From: an uncultured Microbacterium sp.
GTDB taxonomy: Bacteria > Actinomycetota > Actinomycetes > Actinomycetales > Microbacteriaceae
Assembly (NCBI RefSeq): GCF_900078385.1
Contig: NZ_FLQR01000012.1
Coordinates: 39,003-103,002, forward strand
DNA length: 64,000 nt
Direction of reading: 5' to 3'
Part shown: positions 17,992-26,829 of the stretch, piece by piece
Position numbering within the stretch: position 1 is the stretch's first letter
Layout of the letters: the number at the start of each line of letters is the position of its first letter
Translations under genes and position numbers: made by a program
The notes under the pieces: model-generated
Told to the model about the DNA's origin: nothing
Databases searched by the model: none
Seen by the model: only the letters and a program-made list of their open reading frames with translations

Positions 17992-19272
17992 TCATCCCAC
18001 CGGGCGCGGACACTCCAGCGCGCGCGGAACCTCGAGGCTCCCGACGGGGGTCCGCCGCGCGCGTCGCTCGATGACCAGGTTGAGCACACCGAGTCCCACC
18101 ACGACCCCGGCCGCGAGGAACGGGAGCACCATGGCGGTGCGCGCGCCGAAGGCCTCGGCCACGGCGCCGGTCACGGCGGCGGAGAGCGACTGGGACAGCG
18201 CCACGGCCGACCCGAGCACGGTCATGATCGTCGCCGACCGGCCGACCGGGCTGCGCTGGCCGGCCAGGCTGTAGAGGGTCACGAGGGTCGGCCCGACGCC
18301 GAGACCCATGACCGCCAGCATCAGGGTCACGCCGCCGACCGAGTCGCTCAGCGCGAACCCGAGCGCGGAGGCCGCCAGCACGCCGGCGAACAGCATCCAC
18401 CGCCAGCGCAGCGCGAAGCGCGTCGGCAGCACGGCGACGGCGAGGGCGAGCACGGCGGACCCGATGCCCATCACCCCGTACATCAGCGACGCGGCGTCGA
18501 CGTCGTTCCGCTCCGACATGAAGGCCGTCAGCGACGTGAGCGTCGAGCCGAAGAACATGCCCACGGCGAAGGTCGCGGCCACGAGGACGAGCACGGGGGC
18601 GCGCAGCAGGTCGCGCGCCGGAGCCATCTCGGCGACGCTCTCGCCGTGGCTCGTCGACACGCGCGCCGTGGGATGCAGGGCGAATGCCGTCACGAAGACG
18701 AGGCTCAGCACGGCGGCCGCGGCGATCGGGACCCACGGGGCGATGAACGAGGCCAGGATGCCGACGACCACCGGCCCGATGACGAACGCGGTCTCGTCCG
18801 CCGCCGACTCGTACGCCATCGAACGGGAGAAGGTGCGGATGCGGCGGTGCGGCGAGAGGCGGTCGCGGATGATCGTCATCATGCGGCTCCGCGACATCGC
18901 GGCGGCCTGCGGCGCGGACAGGCCGATGAGGAACGCCGCGGTCAGCAGCATCCCGTCGACGAGGTTCGACGATGCGACGAACGGGAATGCGATGAGGAGC
19001 GCCCCGTTCACGAGCCCGAGCGGGACCAGCACGCGGCGCTGGCCGAGCCGGTCGACGGCGTCGCCGACGAGGGGACCGGCGATCACCGTGCCGATGCCGA
19101 CGGCGGCCGACGTCAGCCCGCCGAGCGCGACGGAGCCGCGCACCGAGACGACGAGGGTCAGCACGCCGACGACCATCATGGCGAACGGGAGACGCGCGAG
19201 GAACGCGATCGGGAAGTACCAGAGCCCGGTGTGCGAGATCAGGGAACGATCATCGACGGCGGTCGCGGTCAT
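17992..19272 (-). CDS. MFS transporter
   Basis: 12 TM segments; GDAVDRLGQRRV MFS motif A; ESAADETAFVIGP. Confidence 0.9.
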   Translation of the reverse strand: MTATAVDDRSLISHTGLWYFPIAFLARLPFAMMVVGVLTLVVSVRGSVALGGLTSAAVGIGTVIAGPLVGDAVDRLGQRRVLVPLGLVNGALLIAFPFVASSNLVDGMLLTAAFLIGLSAPQAAAMSRSRMMTIIRDRLSPHRRIRTFSRSMAYESAADETAFVIGPVVVGILASFIAPWVPIAAAAVLSLVFVTAFALHPTARVSTSHGESVAEMAPARDLLRAPVLVLVAATFAVGMFFGSTLTSLTAFMSERNDVDAASLMYGVMGIGSAVLALAVAVLPTRFALRWRWMLFAGVLAASALGFALSDSVGGVTLMLAVMGLGVGPTLVTLYSLAGQRSPVGRSATIMTVLGSAVALSQSLSAAVTGAVAEAFGARTAMVLPFLAAGVVVGLGVLNLVIERRARRTPVGSLEVPRALECPRPVG

Positions 19273-19427
19273 GGTGGAGCACCTCGGTTCGGCTGGCGGT
19301 CGGAGTGTGCCGCCTTGCCTTCCCAGCAGGTAGATGCACCATACGGGCGCCGCAGAATGCGGACGCCTCGCTTCCAGAGTAGCGCGTGCCGGTGGGAACG
19401 CGCTGGGTGGATCGTGCGGGTCGGCCG

Positions 19428-19925
19428 CTACCAGCCCATCGATCCCGGGATGCCCTTGAACGGGCCGACGACGGATGCCGTCACCCAGCCGCCGTAGAAG
19501 CCGCCGGGCTGAGGGGTGACCGTCTCGCCGTCGACCGTGCACCGGTCCATCTCGCGCGCGTAGACGGCGACACGGTCGGCGAGCCCCTCGTAGCCGGGCA
19601 GCGGATACGGGTAGCCCCATGCCGCGCGAGGGCGGACGAGGCCGCCGCCGGCGACGTCGAAGTAGCGCGCCGCGCCCTTGAACTCGCAGACCGACGATCC
19701 GGCCGCGGAGAGGATGGCGCCGTCGGCGAACGCCGCGACCGGCAGGTAGTAGACCGGCGGATGACTCGTCTCCAGCACGCGGACGACGTCGTCCGTGTCG
19801 ACGATGGTCCGCCCGCCGAGGACGATCGTGACGCGGGACGCGACCTGCTCGACGCGGGGCGGACGCGGGTAGTCCCACACGGACTCCTGGCCGGGAGCGA
19901 CGGGATCGGCGTGAGGGCGCGGCAT
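19428..19925 (-). CDS. DUF427 family protein
   Basis: ESVWDYPRPP, ETSHPPVYYLP, CEFKGAARY, GFYGGWVT. Confidence 0.9.
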   Translation of the reverse strand: MPRPHADPVAPGQESVWDYPRPPRVEQVASRVTIVLGGRTIVDTDDVVRVLETSHPPVYYLPVAAFADGAILSAAGSSVCEFKGAARYFDVAGGGLVRPRAAWGYPYPLPGYEGLADRVAVYAREMDRCTVDGETVTPQPGGFYGGWVTASVVGPFKGIPGSMGW

Positions 19926-19988
19926 CCCTTCACTGTACGTCCGCTGAAGGTCCACCCGGGCCGCCGCCCGCGATGTTTGACTGGTGCC

Positions 19989-20597
19989 ATGAGCGCCGTG
20001 CCGATGTTCCCGCTCGGGTCCGTGCTGTTCCCGTACACCCCGCTCCCCCTGCGCGTCTTCGAACCGCGCTACCTCACGATGCTGGGGCGCCTGCTCGACG
20101 CCGAAGAGCCGACATTCGGGGTCGTGCTCATCGAGCGCGGTCACGAGGCGGGCGGCGGCGATCAGCGCAGCAGCATCGGGACCTTGGCGCGGCTCCTGGA
20201 GATCTCGACCGGCGACGACGACATGTACGCCTTGGCGGTCGGCACGGAGCGGATCACGGTCGATCGTTGGCTCGACGACGATCCCCACCCGCAGGCCGAG
20301 GTGTCGCCCGTGCCGCCGCTCGAGTGGAACGAAGCCCTGACGCCGCTGCTCACCGAGGCGGAGGCGCTGGTGCGCCGGATGCTGGCCCGCAGCGCCGCCA
20401 TCGGCGAGGCGGCCTGGGATCCGAACGTCGAGCTGTCCGATGATCCCGTCGCCTCCGCGTGGCAGCTCGCCGCGATCGCGCCGCTCGGCGAGTACGACCG
20501 CTTCACCCTGCTGCAGTCCACGACGACGGGAGGGCTCCTCCGTCAGATCATCGACCTGACGCTGGAGATCGAGCCGCTGCTCGGACTGCCGGACTGA
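19989..20597 (+). CDS. LON peptidase N-terminal (substrate-binding) domain protein
   Basis: PMFPLGSVLFP..LPLRVFEPRY, FGVVLIERGHEAGGGD. Confidence 0.9.
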   Translation: MSAVPMFPLGSVLFPYTPLPLRVFEPRYLTMLGRLLDAEEPTFGVVLIERGHEAGGGDQRSSIGTLARLLEISTGDDDMYALAVGTERITVDRWLDDDPHPQAEVSPVPPLEWNEALTPLLTEAEALVRRMLARSAAIGEAAWDPNVELSDDPVASAWQLAAIAPLGEYDRFTLLQSTTTGGLLRQIIDLTLEIEPLLGLPD

Positions 20598-20638
20598 CCG
20601 CGCCGCACGGGACGGTGCTGCCCACGGGCTGTTGCCGC

Positions 20639-20660
20639 TGTCGGCGGGGCGGAGTACACC
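20639..20660 (+). promoter_or_regulatory. PafBC/RecA-NDp-like promoter of SnoaL gene
   Basis: TGTCGG-cggggcggag-TACACC then 6 nt to ATG 20667; only the last T of the consensus is missing. Confidence 0.5.
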
Positions 20661-20666
20661 GGGACG

Positions 20667-21026
20667 ATGAGCAAGACACGCACGTGGCTCGACGGCTACC
20701 TCACGGCCTGGAAGTCCAAGGACCCGGCCGACGTCCGGGCGATCTTCACCGACGACGCGGAGTACTGGTTCCGCCCCGACGACCCCGACCCGGCCCGCGG
20801 CATCGACGCGGTGATCGAGGCCTGGCTCGATCCCGAGCCGACCGAGGCGCAGCCCGACCTCCAGGTCCTCGTCGAGGACGACCGGGTCGGCATCATCAGC
20901 GGCCGGGTCGAGTACCCGGGCCACGCCTCCTACGCGAATCTCTGGGAGGTCCATTTCGCGCCGGACGGGCGCGCGAGGAAGTTCATCGAGTGGTTCATGA
21001 CGCCGCGGAAGGGCGACGGGGACTGA
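20667..21026 (+). CDS. SnoaL-like / NTF2-fold protein
   Basis: WKSKDPADVRAIFTDDAEY...YANLWEVHFAPDGRARKFIEW. Confidence 0.85.
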   Translation: MSKTRTWLDGYLTAWKSKDPADVRAIFTDDAEYWFRPDDPDPARGIDAVIEAWLDPEPTEAQPDLQVLVEDDRVGIISGRVEYPGHASYANLWEVHFAPDGRARKFIEWFMTPRKGDGD

Positions 21027-21033
21027 CCGTTGC

Positions 21034-21813
21034 TCAGTTGAGCGCGCGGGTCGAGGGTGGGATGACTCCGTCGGCGTACAGGCTCTTCGCGACGTCCTGC
21101 AGCGCGGTCAAGGCGACGCGCTGCGTCATCGGTCCGTAGGAGATCCGCGCGACGCCGAGCGCCTCGTACTCGGCGGCGGAGAGCGCACCGGGCAGGCCGA
21201 TGACGCTGATCTTCCGCTCCCCGATCCCCTCGACGAGCCGGCGGGTGACGTCCGCGTTCAGGATGCCGGGCACGAAGACGATGTCCGCGCCGGCGTCGAG
21301 GTAGGCGCGGCCGCGCTCGATGGCATCCGCGATCGACTGCTCGATGGGGCGGTCCCCGCCGCGGACGATCGCGTCGGTGCGTGCATTGAGCGCGAACGGC
21401 ACACCCTCGGACTCCCCCGCGCGCACGATCGCCTCGACGGCGGCGACCGACTCGGCGAGCGGCTTCAAGCGGTCCTCGACGTTGGCGCCGACGATGCCGA
21501 CGCCGATCGCGCGACGGGCCGTCTCGCCGGCGTCGCCGAAGCCGGCATCCAGGTCGGCGGACACCGGCACGTCGCCCGCGACCGCGACGATCCGGCCGAC
21601 CATGTCGAGCACGAAGTCGAGCGGGATGTTCTCGCCGTCCGCGTAGCCGAAGGTCGCGGCGATCGAGTGCCCGGCGGTCGCGAGCGCTTTCGTCTCCGGC
21701 AGAGCGAGGATCGTCTTGGCGGAGACGACATCCCACACGTTCACGACGCGGAGGATCTCCGGCGCGGAGTGGAGGGCGGACAGGGTCTGGGCGCGTTCTG
21801 CCTGGGAGGTCAT
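21034..21813 (-). CDS. Isocitrate lyase/PEP mutase family protein
   Basis: NVWDVVSAK, PVSADLDAGFG, GANVED, LNARTD, AYLDAGADIVF. Confidence 0.9.
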   Translation of the reverse strand: MTSQAERAQTLSALHSAPEILRVVNVWDVVSAKTILALPETKALATAGHSIAATFGYADGENIPLDFVLDMVGRIVAVAGDVPVSADLDAGFGDAGETARRAIGVGIVGANVEDRLKPLAESVAAVEAIVRAGESEGVPFALNARTDAIVRGGDRPIEQSIADAIERGRAYLDAGADIVFVPGILNADVTRRLVEGIGERKISVIGLPGALSAAEYEALGVARISYGPMTQRVALTALQDVAKSLYADGVIPPSTRALN

Positions 21814-21863
21814 GACTTCACGCTATCGAGCGACCTCGATCGCGGCGAGGGGTTGACTCGGGC

Positions 21864-23075
21864 TCAGATGCCGACCGTGACCGGCGCCCTCGAACGGAAG
21901 AAGCGCCCCGCGGCGCGGGAGAGACCGATGGACGGCTTCTCCACCCAGCGGTAGAACGCGACGGTGACCAGGACGATGACCGCGTACACGACCGGAAGGG
22001 CGAGAACCCACGGGAACCATCCCGCGGCGCCGAGCAGGAGGGCCGACGCCACGATGATCGGCTCGTGCACGAGGTACAGGCTGAAGGACCGGCGCCCGAA
22101 GAACATGACGCCCGGGCTCGCGAGGAATCCCCCTGCTCGACGCGACACGATCGCCAGCACGACGAGGCCCACGGATCCGAGGAGCGAGAGGATCCAGAAC
22201 TGTCCGCGAACGAGCGGAGCGCTCGGGGCGAAGGGTTCGAAGAGCGCCGGAACGATCAGCAGCAGCCCCACGACGCTCCACGACGCGGTGCGCCCGGCAC
22301 TTCCCGCGCTCAGGTACCAGCCACGCAGCGTCGAGACCTTGAGCGCGAGGATCATCCCGAGGCAGAAGACCGGCAGATACCTCAGCAGCCCGCTCGTGAT
22401 GTGAGCGAGCGGGAGAAGTTCGCGCACCTCCCGGAACTCGGCGAGACAGCTCATCACGACGAGCAGCGGAACCGCGATCAGCCACCATCGCTCGACGCGT
22501 ATGGCCCGGAAGACGATCCAGATCAGTGGCAGGAGCAGCGAGAACCAGACCTCCCAGGTCAGCGACCACAGGGGACTGTTCAGGTTCGAGGTGCCGAACA
22601 GCAGGACCATGTCGAGCGCGAACGCGCCGGCCGACGGGTCCTGGTGCGACGCAAGCCAGGAACTGGCGGCGCCGGTGTCCCTCGCGATCGACAGCGCCAG
22701 GATCAGAGCGAGGATCAGCGATCCCCACACCGGCACGTAGAGGCGGACGATGCGGCGCGCCAGGTAGGAGCCCACGAAGCGCGCGGTCATGGTGCGGCCG
22801 ATGAAGCCCAGGGTGAGGACGAATCCACTCAGCACGAAGAACACCATGACGGCCTCGGCCCCCATCGTGAGGACGCGCAGCGGAGTCCTGAGCAGGACCC
22901 ACTCGGCGGTGCCGAAGGACGGCTCCGCGCCATCGACGATCGACGCGGAGAACGCCGGAACGATGAGGAGCGAGTGGCACAGAACGACCACGAGGGCTGC
23001 CACGCCGCGCAGACCGTCGAGCGACTCGATTCGTTCGACACCGCGAGCAGCGTCGGGTAGCCCCCGTGATCCCAT
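21864..23075 (-). CDS. Acyltransferase-3 (OafA/YrhL-like) membrane O-acyltransferase
   Basis: SLDGLRGVAAL..H, VMVFFVLSGFVL, RRIVRLY, WSLTWEVWF, SFSLYLVH. Confidence 0.9.
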   Translation of the reverse strand: MGSRGLPDAARGVERIESLDGLRGVAALVVVLCHSLLIVPAFSASIVDGAEPSFGTAEWVLLRTPLRVLTMGAEAVMVFFVLSGFVLTLGFIGRTMTARFVGSYLARRIVRLYVPVWGSLILALILALSIARDTGAASSWLASHQDPSAGAFALDMVLLFGTSNLNSPLWSLTWEVWFSLLLPLIWIVFRAIRVERWWLIAVPLLVVMSCLAEFREVRELLPLAHITSGLLRYLPVFCLGMILALKVSTLRGWYLSAGSAGRTASWSVVGLLLIVPALFEPFAPSAPLVRGQFWILSLLGSVGLVVLAIVSRRAGGFLASPGVMFFGRRSFSLYLVHEPIIVASALLLGAAGWFPWVLALPVVYAVIVLVTVAFYRWVEKPSIGLSRAAGRFFRSRAPVTVGI

Positions 23076-23182
23076 CCCCAACCCCCCAGCAGGTGCCTCA
23101 GAGCGTAGCGTCGATGGCGCGTCACCGCTACGCGCGGCGGCCACTCGACTAGCGTGGCCGCACAGCCGCCTGAGGAGTCGAC

Positions 23183-23980
23183 GTGACCGCACGACCCGAG
23201 GGATCGCCGACGATCTCGGTCGTCATCCCCGTGAAGGATGACGCGAACGAGCTGCACCGCTGCCTCCGTGCTCTGCAGCTGCAGACCCGCGAGCCCGACG
23301 AGATCGTCGTCGTCGACAACGGCTCCTCGGATGCCTCGGCGCAGGTTGCGCGGGAGTTCGGTGCGCGTGTCATCCGGTGCGACAGGTCCGGCATCCCGGC
23401 GGCGAGCTCCGCGGGGTACGACGCCGCGACGGGCGACGTCATCGCCCGGCTCGACGCCGACTGCATTCCGGCGCGGACATGGATCGAGACCGTCGCCGAC
23501 GCGTTCGCGCGCCGGCCGGATGTGTCGGTGTTCACGGGCGGGGCGCGCTTCGTCGACGGGCCGATCGCGCTGCGCACGTCGCTGGCGGCCGGCTACCTCG
23601 GGGCCTACGCGCTCGTCACGGTTCCCGCGCTGGGCCACCTGCCCGTCTTCGGGTCGAACCTGGCCTTCCGGCGTTCGGCGTGGCAGGGCATCCGCAGCCA
23701 TGTGCACCGGCAGGATCCCGAGCTGCACGACGACCTGGACTTCGCGTTCCACGTCGGCGAGCGGCACCGCATCCGCTATCTCCGCGGCGCGGCGATGGGC
23801 ATCTCGATGCGGCCGTTCGCGTCCGGGGCCGACTTCGGGCAGCGCGTGCGGCGAGGGGTCCGCACCGTGCTCGTGCACTGGCCGGCGGACTTCCCGCCGG
23901 TGCGCTGGGTGCGCCTGGCTCTGCGTCGGGCGCTGCATCGCCTGGGCGTGCCTGTCCCCCGGCGGCGGGCCGCGCCATGA
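23183..23980 (+). CDS. Glycosyltransferase family 2
   Basis: SVVIPVKDD, VVVDNGSSD, RLDADC (DxD), HDDLD. Confidence 0.9.
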   Translation: MTARPEGSPTISVVIPVKDDANELHRCLRALQLQTREPDEIVVVDNGSSDASAQVAREFGARVIRCDRSGIPAASSAGYDAATGDVIARLDADCIPARTWIETVADAFARRPDVSVFTGGARFVDGPIALRTSLAAGYLGAYALVTVPALGHLPVFGSNLAFRRSAWQGIRSHVHRQDPELHDDLDFAFHVGERHRIRYLRGAAMGISMRPFASGADFGQRVRRGVRTVLVHWPADFPPVRWVRLALRRALHRLGVPVPRRRAAP

Positions 23981-24810
23981 GCGTCGCTCCCCTGATCGGG
24001 CCGGTGGACCCACCGGACCTGCACGTCATGAGCTACAACATCCGTCGTCGGTTCACGGGCCCACGCGTCCGCCCCGCCGACCGCTGGCGCCGGCGCCGAC
24101 CCCTCCTCGAGGCACTCCTGCGCGCCGAGCAGCCGACGCTGCTGGGTGTGCAGGAGGCGATGCCCGATCAGGCGACGACCGTGCGGGACGCACTCGGAGA
24201 GCGATACCGGTTCGTCGGACATGGTCGCCAGGCGAACGGCCAGGGCGAGGGATGCCCGCTGTTCTTCGACGGTGGGCGCCTCGAGCTGCTCGACTGGCGG
24301 CAGAGAGCCCTCTCCGACCGGCCGCAGGTGCCCGGTTCGAAGTCCTGGGGCTCGGCGCTTCCCCGCATCCTCGTGACGGCGACGTTCCGGGACCGTGGAA
24401 CCGATCTGCGATTCGTCGCCCTCAACACCCACTTGGATGTCTTCTCGGCGCGCGCTCGGGTGGCCGGCGCTCGGCAGATCCGCGAGCTCGTCGAAGATCA
24501 GAACCTTCCGACCATCGTCATGGGCGACTTCAACGCGCGCCCAGGATCGGCGCCCCTGCTCGAGCTGCTGGGCGGCGATGACCTCGTGGATGCCTGGGAT
24601 GGCGCCGCGGAACGCGAGACCCCCGAATGGGACACCTACGCCGGGTATCGTCGCCCGCATGTGCGTCGAGGACGGATCGACTGGATCGCGGTCACACCGG
24701 ACGTGCAGGTGACGCGCGCGGCCATCGACGCCCGCCGCCTCGACGGAGGCTGGGCCTCGGATCATCTGCCGGTGCACGCCGTCGTGCGGTGGGAGGGCCG
24801 CGGCGCATGA
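23977..24810 (+). CDS. Endonuclease/exonuclease/phosphatase (EEP) family protein
   Basis: MSYNIR, LGVQE, NTHLD, MGDFNA, IDWI, SDHLPV. Confidence 0.9.
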   Translation: MSVAPLIGPVDPPDLHVMSYNIRRRFTGPRVRPADRWRRRRPLLEALLRAEQPTLLGVQEAMPDQATTVRDALGERYRFVGHGRQANGQGEGCPLFFDGGRLELLDWRQRALSDRPQVPGSKSWGSALPRILVTATFRDRGTDLRFVALNTHLDVFSARARVAGARQIRELVEDQNLPTIVMGDFNARPGSAPLLELLGGDDLVDAWDGAAERETPEWDTYAGYRRPHVRRGRIDWIAVTPDVQVTRAAIDARRLDGGWASDHLPVHAVVRWEGRGA

Positions 24811-25370
24811 TCGAGAACTTCCTCCGGCGTCCGCGCGGCGTGGCCGAGACGATCGCCGACGCCGTGCGCGTCGCGGGGGCGGTCAGCATCCTGATCGCGG
24901 CGATCTGGTGGTCCGGGACGGATGCCGGCATTCTCGCGCTCGCACTTCCCGCGCTGCTGGTCCCCCGGTTCGTCGGCGTCCGGCCGTGGTTCGACATCAC
25001 GTATGGGATCGCGGTGCTCGTGGCGTCATGGAGCAACGTGCTCGACCTGTACCGCAGCATCGCGGGATGGGACCTCGTGGTGCACACCGTCTGCACGGGC
25101 CTGATCGCGGCGATCGCATACCTCGCGCTCGTGCGCTGGGGAGTCACGCCTCCGCCTCCTGCCGCGCGCCCGGCGGCCGTCATCTTCACGGCGTCGCTCG
25201 GCCTCGCGGCGAGTGCCGTGTGGGAGATGCTCGAGTGGATCGGCAAGACCTTCGTCACAGCGGAGATCTTCGTGACCTACACCGACACGATCGGCGACAT
25301 GGCCGTCGGCGGACTCGGCTCGGTCGCCGCCGGCTTCCTCGTGGCCAGAGTGCCGTTGCTGCGGGAGTGA
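24807..25370 (+). CDS. Membrane protein (DUF2238-like)
   Basis: WDLVVH, VWEMLEW, YTDTIGDM motifs; ATGA overlap with EEP gene. Confidence 0.7.
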   Translation: MIENFLRRPRGVAETIADAVRVAGAVSILIAAIWWSGTDAGILALALPALLVPRFVGVRPWFDITYGIAVLVASWSNVLDLYRSIAGWDLVVHTVCTGLIAAIAYLALVRWGVTPPPPAARPAAVIFTASLGLAASAVWEMLEWIGKTFVTAEIFVTYTDTIGDMAVGGLGSVAAGFLVARVPLLRE

Positions 25371-25463
25371 TCGCGCGGGTCCACCGGAGGCGCCGACGTC
25401 ACCTCCTGCACCGGACGGATATTCGTCCAGTCGTCCACTACTGGGCCCTCAGTGTCGCATCAA

Positions 25464-25485
25464 TGTCTGATATTGGCGGGACAAT
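25464..25485 (+). promoter_or_regulatory. PafBC-like leaderless promoter of second DUF222-HNH gene
   Basis: TGTCTG-N10-GACAAT, 6 nt before ATG 25492; same geometry as upstream of the first HNH gene. Confidence 0.5.
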
Positions 25486-25491
25486 GGAGGT

Positions 25492-26808
25492 ATGCAGGAG
25501 CTACCCGACCCGATCGCTGAGGATGCCGCGGCCCGCGCCGCCGGGCGTCTGGCTGAGGTGCTCCCCGACCTGATCGACGTGCGCGAAGAGATCGCGCGAC
25601 TGCAGGCTCGGGAGGCGCGGCTGCTCGCCGTCGCCGACGAGATCGTCGATGACTGGGTGACGGATGCCGGCTGGCGGCATCGTTCGGAGGCGGAGCTTCC
25701 GCACCGGGTCGCGGCGGCCGAGATCGCGGCCGTCTGGCGCGTCAGCGATCGCACGGTGCAGCGCCAGCTCGACGATGCACGCAGCCTCGTGCACGACTTC
25801 CCCGCGACCCTGGCCTCGCTCGAGACCGGCCGGATCTCGCTGGCGCACGCGCGCGTGATCCTTGCGAGCGGCTCGCTGATCGCGCGACCCGAACTGCGCG
25901 CCGAGTACGAGGAGTCCGTCCTGCCCTACGCCGAGGCGGAGTCCGCGACGCGGCTCGCGCCCCTCGCACGGCGGCGCGCGGAGTGGTACGCCGAGACGAC
26001 GTTCGAGGAGCGTCACCGCGCGGCACGGTTGCACCGGCGGGTGAGCGTGACGGATCTCGACGACGGCATGGCGGAGTTCCTGGCCGTCGGACCTGCTCCG
26101 ATCATCCACGCGGCGTTCGACCGTGTGACGCAGCTCGCGCATGGCGTGCAGGAGGCCCGGGACACGGCGGGCGACGAGGGCGCGGCGGCCGACACGCGCA
26201 CGCTCGATGAGCTGCGAGCCGATGTCTTCGCCGACCTGATCCTCACAGCGGATCCGCTGTCTGTCCCGCTTCCCACCGGTGCCGCCGCGGTGCAGGGCCG
26301 GGTCCAGGTGACCGTTCCGGTGCTCGCGCTCATCGGGGACGACATCGCCGACCCGTTCGAGGCCACGATGCTCGACGGGCACGGCCCCGTCGACCTCGCC
26401 ACCGCGCGAGCGCTGGCCGCGAGTGCACCCGGCTGGGACCGGATCCTGACCCACCCCGTCACCGGCGCCGTCCTCGCCGTCGACCGGTACCGGCCGAGCG
26501 AGGAGATGCGGCGGCACCTGAAGGTCCGCGATCAGCACTGCCGGTTCCCCGGATGCCGCCTGCCGGTGACGGCATGCGACATCGATCACACGCACGACCG
26601 TGCGCGCGGCGGCGCGACGGACGCCGCGAATCTCGCCCACCTGTGTCGAAGGCATCACACGGTGAAGCACAACTCCGCGTGGCGGGTGCGACAGCGACCG
26701 GGCGGCGTCCTGGAGTGGACATCCCCCACCGGCCGCGTCTACGACGACCGGCCGGTGAGCACGGTGACCTTCGTCACCGACCCCGAGTTCGACCTCGCGC
26801 CGTTCTGA
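25492..26808 (+). CDS. DUF222 + HNH endonuclease (13E12-repeat family)
   Basis: RDQHCRFPGC...CDIDH...GGATDAANLAHLCRRHHTVKH; LAVDRYRP; EWTSPTGRVY. Confidence 0.9.
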   Translation: MQELPDPIAEDAAARAAGRLAEVLPDLIDVREEIARLQAREARLLAVADEIVDDWVTDAGWRHRSEAELPHRVAAAEIAAVWRVSDRTVQRQLDDARSLVHDFPATLASLETGRISLAHARVILASGSLIARPELRAEYEESVLPYAEAESATRLAPLARRRAEWYAETTFEERHRAARLHRRVSVTDLDDGMAEFLAVGPAPIIHAAFDRVTQLAHGVQEARDTAGDEGAAADTRTLDELRADVFADLILTADPLSVPLPTGAAAVQGRVQVTVPVLALIGDDIADPFEATMLDGHGPVDLATARALAASAPGWDRILTHPVTGAVLAVDRYRPSEEMRRHLKVRDQHCRFPGCRLPVTACDIDHTHDRARGGATDAANLAHLCRRHHTVKHNSAWRVRQRPGGVLEWTSPTGRVYDDRPVSTVTFVTDPEFDLAPF

Positions 26809-26829
26809 CAGCATCCGTAGAGTGGCGCC

